DNA of 64,000 nucleotides from Octopus bimaculoides (GCF_001194135.2 NC_068988.1:38163193-38227192); one strand, 5' to 3'. Counted from the first letter of the stretch, positions 35,560 through 47,368 are shown. Program-made: numbers and translations. Notes: generated by a model not told the origin, from the sequence alone.

Positions 35560-35765
35560 ATTCTGGCACAATGCCGGCAATGTTGTGGGTGGGGGACGTC
35601 AATTACATCGACCACAGCACTCAGTTAGTACTTATTTCATTGACCCTGAAAGGATGGAAGGCAAAGTCGTCCTGAGCAGAATTTGAACTCAGAATGTAAA
35701 GATGGATGAAATGCAGCTAAGCATTTTTCCCCTGCATGCTAATGATTCTGCCAGCACACCACCAT
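35560..35765 (-). mobile_element. SINE family D
   Basis: GAAAGGATGGAAGGCAAAGTC..AATTTGAACTCAG. Confidence 0.75.
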
Positions 35766-35769
35766 TGGT

Positions 35770-36649
35770 AGTGGTGATATTAGCAGTAGTAATGGTTGCG
35801 GTGGTGGTATTGATTGTGGTCATGATGACAGTAGTAGTTATAGTGGTGTCTCGGTGGTGGTAGTGGTGGTGGTTGTCATGGTAGAATGTATAGTGATGTT
35901 AGTGGTCATGATGATGGTGTTGGTGATGATTGTAGTGGTGTTGATGATGGTGGTGACTATAGTGTTGGTAGTGATGGTGGTGGTGGTGATGGTGATGATG
36001 ATAATGATAATGGTTGTAATGGTGATTGTGGTATTGGTGGTGGTGGTGGTGGTGGTAATGGCAGTGGTGATGATGGTGGTGGTGGTGATGATGATAATAA
36101 TAATGGTGGTGATGGTGATTGTGGTATTGATGGTAGTGGTGGTTGTGGTGGTGATGGCTGTGGTGATGGTGATGATGGTGGTGGTGGTGATGGTAGTGGT
36201 AATAATGATGGTTGTGATGGTGGTGGTGGTGCTGCTGCTGCTGGTGCTGGTAATGATGGTGGTGATGACAATGGTGGTAATGGTCATGGTGATGATGATG
36301 ATGATAATGATAATAGTGATGATGGTGATTGTGGTATTGATGGTAGTAGTGGTGGTGGTAACAGGGATGCTGATTGTAATGATGGTGGTAATGATGATGA
36401 TGATGGTAGTGCTAAAAAAAAGTGAAGTAACTTTTGATTATCTATAAAACCTGAAAAACAGGCTCCCTATTATGGAACCACATCAGGTGCTGCCGGTGCT
36501 GTCAGTCTTCAATTTATTGATTCGCACCAGACAAATATTTCATCAAAGATTCTTAACACTGAACTGAATGTACTTAATGATCTTTCTTCTCCAAAAAGTC
36601 AGAGAGTGAAAGAGTGAATAAGTAAGATAGACAAAGAGAAAGAGAGAGA

Positions 36650-36720
<71 letters not shown>
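35770..36720. repeat. Mosaic (GGT/GAT)n tract followed by (GA)n
   Basis: Direct inspection; motif GATGGTGATTGTGGTATTG recurs about three times. Confidence 0.9.
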
Positions 36721-36723
<3 letters not shown>

Positions 36724-37020
36724 CTGAAGGATAGAGAAACAGAGAGAAAAAGTTCAAGATCTGTTAGTTAAAAGGAAACTTAAATAAAACTAATATATTG
36801 TCTACCACACTGTTAAACCTAAATCAACCTTTTACAGGTTTCCCGCCAAAGCAGTTGGAAGCAAGTATATGAAACATTTGGCTAACAGGAAATAATTATG
36901 TGAATACACACATACATACAAACATACATATATGCATACTGGGATATGTAACACACTGCCTAAATATCTCAGTATCCTTGTGAGCGGATTTGGTAGAGGG
37001 AAACTGAAAGAAGCCTGTCA

Positions 37021-37220
37021 TATCATCATCATCATCATTTAACGTCCGCTTTCCATGCTAGCATGGGTTGGACGATTTGACTGAGGACTGGTGAAACCGG
37101 ATGACAACACCAGGCTCCAATCTAATTTGGCAGAGTTTCTACAGCTGGATGCCCTTCCTAACGCCAACCACTCAGAGAGTGTAGTGGGTGCTTTTACGTG
37201 TCACCCGCACGAAGGCCAGT
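37021..37220 (-). mobile_element. RTE LINE 3' tail inserted after a SINE B central domain (36965-37020)
   Basis: Near-identical to 9481 copy; GTCATA on both sides. Confidence 0.85.
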
Positions 37221-37754
37221 CATATATATATATATATATATGTATAGGAAAATTTGTTGAAAATGCACCTAAATTTGAAAAACTTGTAATTGTTTTGAAA
37301 TAAATTTATTTACATACATACCAAATTAGTTTCAACAATATTTTTTGTTTATCAATGGTAAAAATTAAAAATTATGAATTAGAAAAACATGTTTAAAAGA
37401 TTCAATGTTTACAAGATTCAATGATATCAAATATGATTTAAATGTTTACAACATTCAATAATATTAAAAAAATGTGGATCATCTTGCTTAAATGCACAAA
37501 ATTCAATTGTGTTAGAAGTGATCGATAAGAAATGTGGATTACCAAAGGTTCGGTCATACTGAGTTAAGAGGGAGAAAAACAAGGGTGAAATGAAGATAGT
37601 AAAAATAGGGTTTTATTTACAATTTCTGTGATTCTTTTTCCGTCATGAGCAGGGACTTTCACTTGTAACGGCATTTTTTGGAATCTGGTGTATTTATAAT
37701 TTTTTCTGTGAATGGATCTGATTTTTGATTCGTTACAGTACTGGTGACATCATT

Positions 37755-38285
37755 AAGTGAGGTCATTAAAAATGAAATGTCCGATTTTCTTATGCACCAA
37801 GTTTGACAGTTGTTAACTCTAATGTTTTATCCTCACAATTCTTTGTTTTACAACATTGAAGTGTTACATCATCACTTTTTGAAATGCAATTCATGGTATC
37901 TGATTATATTGTAAGTTTTCTTTTGTAAATCAATTTTTGTGAACACATGGAAAGATAAAAATTTGTTTTGTCTATGAATTTGGGTACCATTGTGGAATCA
38001 ATGCATTCCAGACGGCTCGAAACATCAATGTTTGGTGAAGATGTGGTGAATGAGTGCACTGTACATTGATGGTTTGAGAAGTTCCAGTCTGGTGACTTTA
38101 GCCTTGATAATCAGCCCCGTGGTAGACCTGAGACCAAGGTAGATAATGATGAGCTGGAAACTGGTGGAAGCAGATACATCTCAAACTACATGTGAGTTAG
38201 CAGCAAGGTTTGATGTTTCGATTCTGACTTCATTGGACCATCTGAAACAAATTGGCAATGTCTAAACAAATAGATGGGAGATTGA
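37755..38285 (+). pseudogene. mariner transposase N-terminal remnant
   Basis: ARNIN..FGEDVVNECTVH*WFEKFQSGDFSLDNQPRGRPETKVDNDEL..QTTCELAARFDVS..DHLKQIG. Confidence 0.8.
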
Positions 38286-38654
38286 TAGAAAAAGATTGAG
38301 ATATCAAAGTATGTGTGTGTGCATAAGGAACCTGAAAAACAAATCGAAAAGGTTGAAGCAGATTTTGATTGAAAAAAAATCAAAGAAAATATATTTATAT
38401 AAATACATGCATATGTGAGTGTATGTATGTATGTGTGTGTGTGTGTTTGTGTGTGTGCATGTGCATGTGTGTGTGCATGTGCATGTGTGTCTGTGTGTTT
38501 CTTTAGATCTGCAATTATTTGCATTAAAATGCAGTGTGTAATATTGTAATCTGTTTGTCCTGTCGACACATTGTCTAAGCACTTTCTACCTTCAAATGTA
38601 TGTGGAATAAGAGAGCCCTTACTCAAAAAGCAGTTGAGGAGTAGCATCAGAATG

Positions 38655-38800
38655 GCATTCTTTGAGTTCCCTTTTACCAAATCCACCCATAAGCCTGTGG
38701 TTGGCCTGGGACTATAACAGAATATACATGCCCAAGATTCTGTGCAGTGCGACTGAACCTAAAACCTTGTAACTTGGAAGTGAACTTCTCAAACACACAA
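38655..38800 (-). mobile_element. SINE family B, 5' part
   Basis: TACCAAATCCAC..AAGCC..ACTGAACC. Confidence 0.7.
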
Positions 38801-38864
38801 TCATATATAGATAGACAGAAGGAGAAGAAATAATAAATAATATGAATGCATGAATGGACATAAT

Positions 38865-39350
38865 TCTTTCTAATTGTAGCAAAAGGCCAGCAGTTTTACT
38901 GGGAAGAGCAAGTCACCTACATAGACCCCTGTATGTGAATAACATTATATTTTATCAACCTTGAAAGGATGAATGGCAAACTTGACTTTCGTGGGATTTG
39001 CACTCAGAATGTAACAAGTCAGAAGAATTACCACAAAGCAGTTTTTCAATATTAGAAATATTGCATTTTTGAATCCCTCAATGAGACTTGTACAGTAGCA
39101 GCATGATAAAGTGATGGTTTGTTGCCAACTTAATGTGGCAGTCCCAAGAAAGGAAAGAATACTACAGCTATTTAGCCTTAAGACACATTGTTTCCAGTTG
39201 GCTATGTCACACAAGCGTGTGTGGAAAGGGGAAACGATGTTTCCTAGGGCTAAATAGCAGTAGCATTCTTCCCTTTCCTGGGACTGCTACATTAAGTTGG
39301 CAACAAACCATCAGTTTTTGCAATGCTCTAATGATTTTGCTGGTCTAACC
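38865..39350 (-). mobile_element. SINE family D interrupted by a foldback element
   Basis: GAAAGGATGAATGGCAAACTTGAC..CTCAGAATG; head resumes after 39313. Confidence 0.55.
39112..39313. repeat. Foldback MITE (84-bp arms, 34-nt spacer)
   Basis: Arms 39112-39195 and 39230-39313 reverse-complementary. Confidence 0.8.
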
Positions 39351-39676
39351 CCTTTGTAAATGAAATTAATGAAGGAGAATAAGGTTGTGAAAATGTAAGA
39401 GTAGGTCAGTGGGGAGATGGTTTTCAAATAAACAACAGGTTATGGTAAGTGAAATAGATGAGGAAGTTCTCAGTCACACAGAAATTATTTGACTTCAAAC
39501 TGCTGGAACACAGGAAATAAATGATGGTGCAAGGCTTCAAACTGAAAGATTAACAATTACTGAAGAGAGACAGAAATCGATCTTATAATTTTCATTGAGT
39601 TAGGAGAAAGGGAGAGGGTGAGACAGAAAAATAAATAGGTAGGTGGATAGATAAATGATAGATGGATAGGAAGATT

Positions 39677-39707
<31 letters not shown>

Positions 39708-39843
39708 TCATACATACATAGATAGGAAGACCTATAGCTAGCTAGCTAGCTAGATAGATAAACAGACAGACAGATTGACAGACAGATAGATATATAGATA
39801 TATAAGCAGACAGACAAATAGACAGACAGACAGATAGACAAGG

Positions 39844-39882
<39 letters not shown>

Positions 39883-40478
39883 AGAGAGTATGTAAAAGTG
39901 TAAGATACAGAAACAAACAGTGAATGTCATAAAATGGTGGATATGATTTGATTTCAAGTGACACAGTTTTATCCTTTTTTTTGGTAAAAGAGACAATTTC
40001 CAGATATTCTTATTTACAATGTTGATAAATAAATTGTCTGACCAATATTCTAATAAGGTAGATTCATTTTGTGTCTGCTGCAACCTGAAATCAGTCATGG
40101 CCAGCTGGATATAATTCTGGACAAAACTAGGAATTGGGTTAATTTGATGTCAAAGATTTACAGGCACCAATATGGCTCTGTGATTAATTCACTTCCCAAC
40201 CATGTGGTTTTGGGTTTGTGCAGCAAAAAAAAAAAGATTTATTGTCTGCTACTCAGACAAATGGTGCTGTTCTAAACTAAATTGAGCATGCTGACAATGA
40301 ATCTCAACTTAGAATTGCTGTAGCATGTCAGGATTTTGAGTTATGTGCATAATTATATATTAATACTATATTAGAATCAGGAATAGTTAAGTTCAAGGTA
40401 AATAATTATTATAATAGTATATTAGTACTGTATATAGTAAATTTATGCTCAAGGCAAATAGTATTATAATATAATGGT

Positions 40479-40753
40479 AGTTCTATATTTAAAAGATGAG
40501 GAATTATGTACATTATTTACATTATTTATATTTGATGGATATTTGTCCTCATCTTGTTTGTTGTTAACACATTTTGGCTGATATACCCTCCAGCCTTCAT
40601 CAGGTATCTTGGGGAAATTTTGAACCTGGATTCTCATTTCTAAGGTATTTTTTTATGTTGTTATTATTATTATTATTAAGGTCACTGCCTGGAATCGTAC
40701 TTGGAATCTTAGGGTTATTAGCCCATGCTCTTAACCACTATGCCATATGTCCA
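40479..40753 (-). mobile_element. tRNA-headed SINE carrying a hammerhead motif (full copy)
   Basis: Minus strand: A box TGGCATAGTGG, GGG-CTAATAA-CCC anticodon-like arm, B-box-like AAGTACGATTCC, (TAA)n, then CTGATGAAGGCTG..CAGCC-AAAATGT, (AATGTAAAT)n tail. Confidence 0.7.
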
Positions 40754-40900
40754 TGGGCATATGGCATAGTGGTTAAGACACCTGATGAAGGCTGGAGGGT
40801 ATATCAGCTGAAATGTTGTGTTAACAAACAAGATGAGGACAAATATCCGTCAAATATAAATAATGTAAATAATGTAAATAATGAATATAATGGTACATAA
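40754..40900 (+). mobile_element. Internally deleted inverted copy of the same SINE
   Basis: About 25 nt of head fused to hammerhead and tail; AAGA microhomology at the junction. Confidence 0.7.
40778..40821 (+). ncRNA. Minimal type-I hammerhead ribozyme motif
   Basis: ACAC-CTGATGA-A-GGCTG-GAGGGTATAT-CAGCT-GAA-ATGT-T-GTGT; all three stems pair, with two G-U pairs at former CpGs. Confidence 0.7.
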
Positions 40901-40934
40901 TATATTTATGTTAAAGGAATACTCACTTTATTTT

Positions 40935-42925
40935 TGATATGCTCAGCTCAGAAATGTTTGAGATACTTGCTCTTGCGCTTATGCATCCTGCTGGTCTCCC
41001 GTTGTAGGAACCAACAGTTGTCACCCATCATGTGTGGACTGAGCCGGTCTTGATACCTTATTTCCATCTCAGATATGTCCTGGTAGAACCTATCACTATG
41101 CTCATCACTAAGGGCACCAAGATTTGTTGGAAAAAATCGAGATGAGGATGCAAGAAGTGCATTTTTAGGGACATTCAGCATCCCATTCTTTCATACGCTG
41201 TTAGCATGTTGTTTATTAAATCAACATAGTGTTCAACTCTATGATTTCCAAGAAAGTCCTGGACAACTAACACAAATGAATCCCATGCTGTCAGCTCAAC
41301 TGGATTCAGTTTACCTCTGAATTTGCTATCAGGTATCAATTCTCTGATCTTGGATCCAATGAAAATGCCTGCTTTCAGTTTTGCGTCACTTTTCTCTGCA
41401 CCAAATTTTACTTATAGGTACTGGAACCCACAACCTTCATGTTTCATTGCTTTGACAAAGTTTTCATGAGGCCAAGTTTGATGTGAAGGGGTGGAAAGAA
41501 GATCTTTTTGCGGGTCTACCAGTAGCATATGCTGCACATTGTACCAACCAACTATGAGCTCCTCTCTCTTAGGCCAGTCTTTTACAGTGTAATGATTGCT
41601 GTCATCACGGTCATTCCAAATACACAAGCACATATTTTTGGTATATCCCAACTGCAGTCCTAGGAGGAGGATCAATCACCTTTAAATCACCACAAATATT
41701 TCACTTATGAACTGAGTAATTAACTCCTTTCAGAATGAGTTCCATCGATTCGTAAGTTTCTTCCATACCAACAAATGACCCACAGGAATGGAAGGTTTTT
41801 CATTACCATTATGTGACAACACACCTTACTTGAGTCTATAAACAATCTCCATTTGTTAGCCACATGCATGTGTCCTAGTTTTTGCATGACTGCATTAATG
41901 TCAGTAGAGAAACAAGCATTATTTTCTTGCTTGAAAAAGACAGAGAAACCTTAATGGCGAGAACAGGAAATGGAAATTTTCATACCTTGCTGTAGGAGAT
42001 TCCATTGTTGTAGTTTCGATCCCAAAACTTCTGCTCTCTCCTTTGACAATGCTAGGTCTCTTACTAAATCATTCAAATTTTCTTGAGCCTGGCTCATTTA
42101 TCTTAGGAGAGTCAGGGGGTTCATCATACGACATGTCAAGATTTTTAAGTGAAACATGTGAGAGGGTAACTGGGTCAGGGTTCTCGAAGTTATGTGGGAC
42201 CGGTTTTAGAGTAAACTTACAATCTGCATACATAATTTTTGCTTTAGTCTTCTTTGAGAAACTACTAATACTAGTCATGTAAAAAGTAACAATCAGAAAC
42301 ATACCATTGGTACAGCGAAAAGCATTCCCTTCCGTTTTCCATTCAGCCACTGTGTAAGCCCTGAGTAACTTATGGTGCAGAATTTATGAGGTGCCTACCT
42401 CTTGTCTTGGTCCCCAACTTTACACCTGAAATAATATTTATAGGCAGTTTTTAATTTGGTGGCAATGTTCTTCTGCTGGTCACACAGAGCAAATTTTCTG
42501 CAGACATAACAAAGGTTGTCTGGATGATTCACACTGCTTCTCCTATTCATGATTTAACACAATGACCACAGTTAAAACAGTAACCACACACAGTGAGAGA
42601 TACATATACCACACGTCATGGCAGTGCAAATGACACTGAGAGTTACCAAGAACAAACTGACATATTTGGCATTACACACAATACGTCAGCGCCATCTATT
42701 GCTAAACTAAATAATAAACTTTCTCATCGTTTGTTTTATTGCTGTTTTTTCTTTAATTTTGAATGAAGACCGCTTTCATTCTAGCAAATTTTATAACACA
42801 TCCTATATCTAGCTAAAAGTATAGATATAATCTTGCACATGCACATAGCTCAAAATCCTGACATGCTAGAACAATTCTGAGTGCGGATTCGGAATCAGCA
42901 TCCTTGATTTAGTCTTAGACACATG
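40935..42925 (-). mobile_element. Chapaev3-like (CMC superfamily) DNA transposon; family assignment from memory
   Basis: Terminus CATGTGTCTAAGACTAAATCAAGGATGCTGATTCCGAATC on minus strand; other end not seen. Confidence 0.6.
40951..42550 (-). pseudogene. Disrupted transposase of the above
   Basis: HPDNLCYVCRKF..AYKYYFRCKVGDQDKR*APHKFC..QWLNGK; LLGLQLGYTKNMCLCIWNDR; FFPTNLGALSDEHSDRFYQDI..MMGDNCW. Confidence 0.85.
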
Positions 42926-42929
42926 CTTT

Positions 42930-43375
42930 TACCCCAGTTGGCAAATCTTTGTTGTCCAGTATCATGTGATACTTTGGGCAAGTATATTCTTCTATTGCCC
43001 CAAGGTGACCAAAGGCTTGTGATTGGATTTGGTTGATGGAAACTGAAACAAGCCTGTCACACATATCTATATGTGTGTATGTGTGTGTGGGTGAGTGTAT
43101 GTATATACATGTTAATGTGTGTGTATGTGTGTGTGTAGTGTGCATGTATATTCATCTGTGTGTTGTACCCTCTTGTCTTGACTTTGTGTGAGAGTTATGA
43201 TTGAGTGCCACCATCATACAAGTGGCATCCTTTGTTTCCAATATTCTGTGAAAACACATCCACTGATGGAGAAACATTACCTTGTTTGGAAACAAATGAA
43301 AGTTAAATCTGCCTCAACTAATCTTGTCTGAACCATGCATACATGGAATAGTGGACATTAAAACGATGATGGTGA
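42930..43375 (+). mobile_element. SINE family H (family B-type head and centre, RTE-type 3' end)
   Basis: TTGGGCAAGTATATTCT..GGATTTGGTTGATGGAAACTGAAA; ends CCATGCATACATGGAATAGTGGACATTAAAACGATGATG. Confidence 0.6.
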
Positions 43376-43719
43376 GATTGAAGTTTATGAAGGTCAAGGA
43401 AAAAAATCACAGATTCAAGTTTTATAACAAATATTGTAACTAAAGAATTATTACATTAAATATTTTTATACTAAAATAAATGTTTGCATTTATTAACCCT
43501 TGTACTGTGATATAAAATTTTATGGTTATTCTAGTAATGCTGTTCAATATCGACCAAAATATAGAATTGATATTCTCTGTAAGTCACGTTGCCTCAATAA
43601 ACATGACATATATCAACAAAAATTAGTTTCAAACATAACATTCCTTTATAAAAGATAGATTTATATATAAAACTGTTTTCAACAGTTAAGAGTAAAGAAA
43701 TTTTGAGTGGAAATATTCT

Positions 43720-44040
43720 GCTTTCTGTGAAGATGTGTGACTTAGCAGTTAGGGTATTCGGCTCATGATCATAAGGTCGTAAGTTCAATTCCTGGTGGTG
43801 CATTGTGTCCTTGAGCAAGACACTTTATTTCATGTTGCTCCAGTCCACTCTGTTGGCAGAAATGAGTAGTACCTGTATTTCAAAGGGTCAACTTTATCAC
43901 ACTCTGTGTTACACTGAATCTCCCTGAAATCTACATTAAGGGTACTCATGTCTGTGGAGTGCTCAACCACTTGCATGTTAATTCCACAAGCAGGTTGTTC
44001 CATTGATTGGATCAACTGGAACCCTTATCATTGTAACATA
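43720..44040 (+). mobile_element. CORE-like SINE with family A tail, uninterrupted
   Basis: TGTGTCCTTGAGCAAGACACTTTATTTC..CTCCAGTCCACTC, then tail as at 120-290. Confidence 0.8.
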
Positions 44041-44134
44041 AAGTTGGAAGAAATACTGCTTGGCATTTTGTCTGGTATGGTAACAATTCTGCCACCCAGC
44101 TACCTTACTAATGACTAATATTACTTTACTCTAA

Positions 44135-45000
44135 TAAGGCAGTGAGCTGGTAGTATCGTTAACACACCAGGCAAGCTGCTTAAGTGGTATTTCATCTGTC
44201 TGCATTTTGATTTCAAATTTTGCTGAGGATGACTTTGCCTTTCATCCTTTAGGGGGTCAACAAAATAAGTAGCATTTGAACACTGGGGTCGATGTAATCA
44301 TACTTTACCCCTCCCCGAAAACTGCTGGCCTTGTATTGAGATTCAAAACCAACATTACTTTAATCTAAAGCAGCAAGCTGGCAAAAATGTTAGCACAGAT
44401 GGACAAAATGCTTAGCGGTATTTCGTCTGCCGCTACGTTCTGAGTTCAAATTCCGCCATGGTCGACTTTGCCTTTCATCCTTTCAGTTACGCATTGGGGT
44501 CAATATAATTGACTTAACCTGTTTGTCTGTCCTTGCTTGTCCCCTCTGTGTGTAGCCCCTTGTGGGAAGTAAAGAAATAAGAAACATTAGCACACTGGCC
44601 ACAACTGCTTACTGGCATTTTGTTCATTCTTACTTTCTGAGTTCAAATTCTACCAAGGTTGACTTTACCTTTCATCTAATTGGTGTTACTAAAGTACTGG
44701 TGTTGCTGTAATCAACTTGCCCCCTCCCCTCAAAAAAAAAAAAAAACCTGCTGGTTCTGTGTCAAAATTTCAAACTATTATTTGAAGGCAGAGAGCTGAC
44801 TGAGCTAATAGCACACTTGGCAAAATGCATAGTAGCACCTCGTCCATCTTTATGTTTTGAGCTCAAATTCTACTGAGGTCAACTTTGCCTTTCGTCTTTT
44901 TGGGGTAAATGAAATAAGTATCAGTTGAGCACTGGGGTTGATGTAATCAACTTGCCCCTCCCTCAAAATTGCTGGCCTTGTGCCAAAATTTGACACTGAT
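44135..45000 (+). mobile_element. Four head-to-tail SINE family D copies
   Basis: Units start near 44138, 44368, 44580 and 44785. Confidence 0.85.
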
Positions 45001-45184
45001 ATTACTTTAATCTGATTCTGGAAAGGATGGAAGAAAACTGAAGATATTGTCTGGCTCTCTAACAGTTCTACCAATCCAATACCCTGGATTTGTACTTTTT
45101 TATCAACTCCAAGGGGATGAATGGTAAATTGGCCTCCGTGAGACTTTAGCTCTGTGTGTAGGAAGTTGAAGCAAGAACCATAAG

Positions 45185-45650
45185 GTGTTCTACCCAATAC
45201 CCCTTTGGACTCTTCCAGCCTGCCATAGGCAGCTTAACACTGATCACATGATACAAACTGCCAACCATTTGATTGGTTAGTCTGGTATGCTAGTAACTTA
45301 CATAATTCCAGTTCCATAGCAGTAGGCCCCTCATCTGGGATACCTCATGCTGTGATACTCCCATGGAAACTTTGTGTGTTCAGCTACCACCACAGGCTTC
45401 ACTGCTCATCAAGTTGAGGAAAGCAAACTGTCAAAGAATCAGTCACTCTCTAACTGGTTTATGGTCAAGCCTGTGGCAATGGAGACCTCTGGTGTTCTTG
45501 GCCTCTGGACCATATCCCTGCTCACCATTATCAGACAGAGATGGCTATTCGCAAGTGTGAGCCCTGTGAGTCAGAGCAGCTGTTCCAGTGCATCTCCCTT
45601 GCCATCATCTGGGGCAATGTTTTTTTCCATTTTGTCTGCTGAGAACATGA
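45185..45650 (+). pseudogene. CRE-like (RLE endonuclease) non-LTR retrotransposon C-terminal remnant
   Basis: AHQVEESKLSKNQSLSNWFMVKPVAMETSGVLG and, in another frame, LFQCISLAIIWGN. Confidence 0.6.
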
Positions 45651-45789
45651 GGCAACCTGAATTACAAGAAACTGAAAGAATTGTAAGAATTTGTTTACTG
45701 AATACTAATCGCTCCATCACTGCTTAAGACAACTTTAAGAGAAAATATCCTTAACAGAAAATATGTACTTATACAACTACATATCCTTG

Positions 45790-45965
45790 AATTGATGTGA
45801 AGGAGCCTCTATGTGACCACTCAGCTTGCTAGAAATGGCAATCAAAACTCCCTTAAAATCACATGCTCCAGTTTTATATATAAAAAAAGGGGAATTTATA
45901 CCCTGAACAATGTAGTATTAGATTTGCATAAAAAGACTGGATGGTTTGCTAGATTGTTCAAGACT
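45790..45965 (+). repeat. Family J repeat
   Basis: GGAGCCTCTATGTGACCACTCAGCTTGCTAGAAATGGCAATCAAAAC; another diverged copy near 48640-48800. Confidence 0.55.
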
Positions 45966-45969
45966 TATC

Positions 45970-46011
<42 letters not shown>

Positions 46012-46711
46012 ATGTAGATCTTAATGAAAACTTGAACAGTGACTTATAGGTTAATAAAGAAACAACTCTTGACACTGAGCCAATGAAATTATGATCTTCC
46101 TCCTCCTCCTCATCATCACCACCATAATCATCATCATCATTGTCATCGTGGTCGTCGTTGTCGTCGTCGTCGTCATCATCATCATCATCATTATCATCAT
46201 CGTCATCATCATTGTTATTATTATTGCCACCACTACCACCACTACCACCTTCTTCCTTTTATTTTTGCAACATATATTAAGGAATATCTTTAATTATAGA
46301 GGTGTGGTGTAACACAGTTCAAATATTAATTGATTTAGTCAACAGATAATTAATTTAATTACCTCATCGTTATGTCTCTGTATATGTAGTTAGTTGTCTT
46401 CCATTTTCTTTTGTTGCATAAACTTATTAATTTCTACTGCCTCTGTGTGTATGTCTGTGATTGTGTGTGTATTTTATGTGTGTGAGTGTGTATGTGAGTG
46501 GTTATGCATGATTATGTGTGTGTGAGTGATTGAGTGTATCTGTATGAGTGCATGTTTGGGTGTAGCATTGGGTATGTCTGTGAGTGTGCTTGTATGGGCG
46601 TGTGTGCATGAGTATGTATATGTGTGTTTGTGTGTGTGACTATTTGGAAGAAGGGGTATTTCTTAAGATCTGGGTGGGGGCACGTGAATGAGTACAAGCC
46701 AATCTGATAAC

Positions 46712-47042
46712 GTGGCACTCTGTTGGATATGACGACTAGGGTTCCAGTCGATCCACTCAACAGAACAGCCTGCTCGTGAAATTAACGTGCAAGTGGCTGA
46801 GCACTCCACAGACATGTGTACCCTTAATGTAGCTCTCAGGGAGATTCAGCATGACACAAAGTGTGACATGGCTGGCCCTTTGAAATACAGGCACAACAGA
46901 AACAGAAAATAAGAGTGAGAGGAAGTTGTGGAGATTTAGGTGTTTTCACTCAATAAACACTCACAATGCCCGGTCTGGGTATCGAAACCGCGATCCTATG
47001 ACCGCGAGTCCGCTGCCCTAATCATTTGGCTATTGCGCCTCC
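46712..47042 (-). mobile_element. SINE family A, full length
   Basis: Minus-strand head GGAGGCGCAATAGCCAAATGATTAGGGCAGCGGACTCGCGGTCATAGGATCGCGGTTTCGATACCC is tRNA-like. Confidence 0.85.
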
Positions 47043-47318
47043 ACCCCATCTGATATATAAATAGAAGAAACAATGACAAACTTCTTCTTTTCCTCCCCTC
47101 CTCCTCCCCTGCTCCTGTCTCTGCCCACTACTCTCACTCCCTCCTCTCCTCCTTCTACCCTTTCCATTCCATTTCTCCTCCTTTCTCCAAATTTAATTAT
47201 GTGTGTATGTATATATATATTTGATTTTTAGCCAGAACATTTACGCATTCTTGACAAATACCAAAGTTCTACTGCTTTAAGCATTAATTGTTAGTTCAAG
47301 AATCATCATCATCATCGA

Positions 47319-47368
<50 letters not shown>

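Noticed and set aside
46960-47042. tRNA gene calls for SINE heads (also 5201, 27045, 40680)
   Set aside because: Acceptor and T stems do not close and each head runs into a multi-copy SINE body
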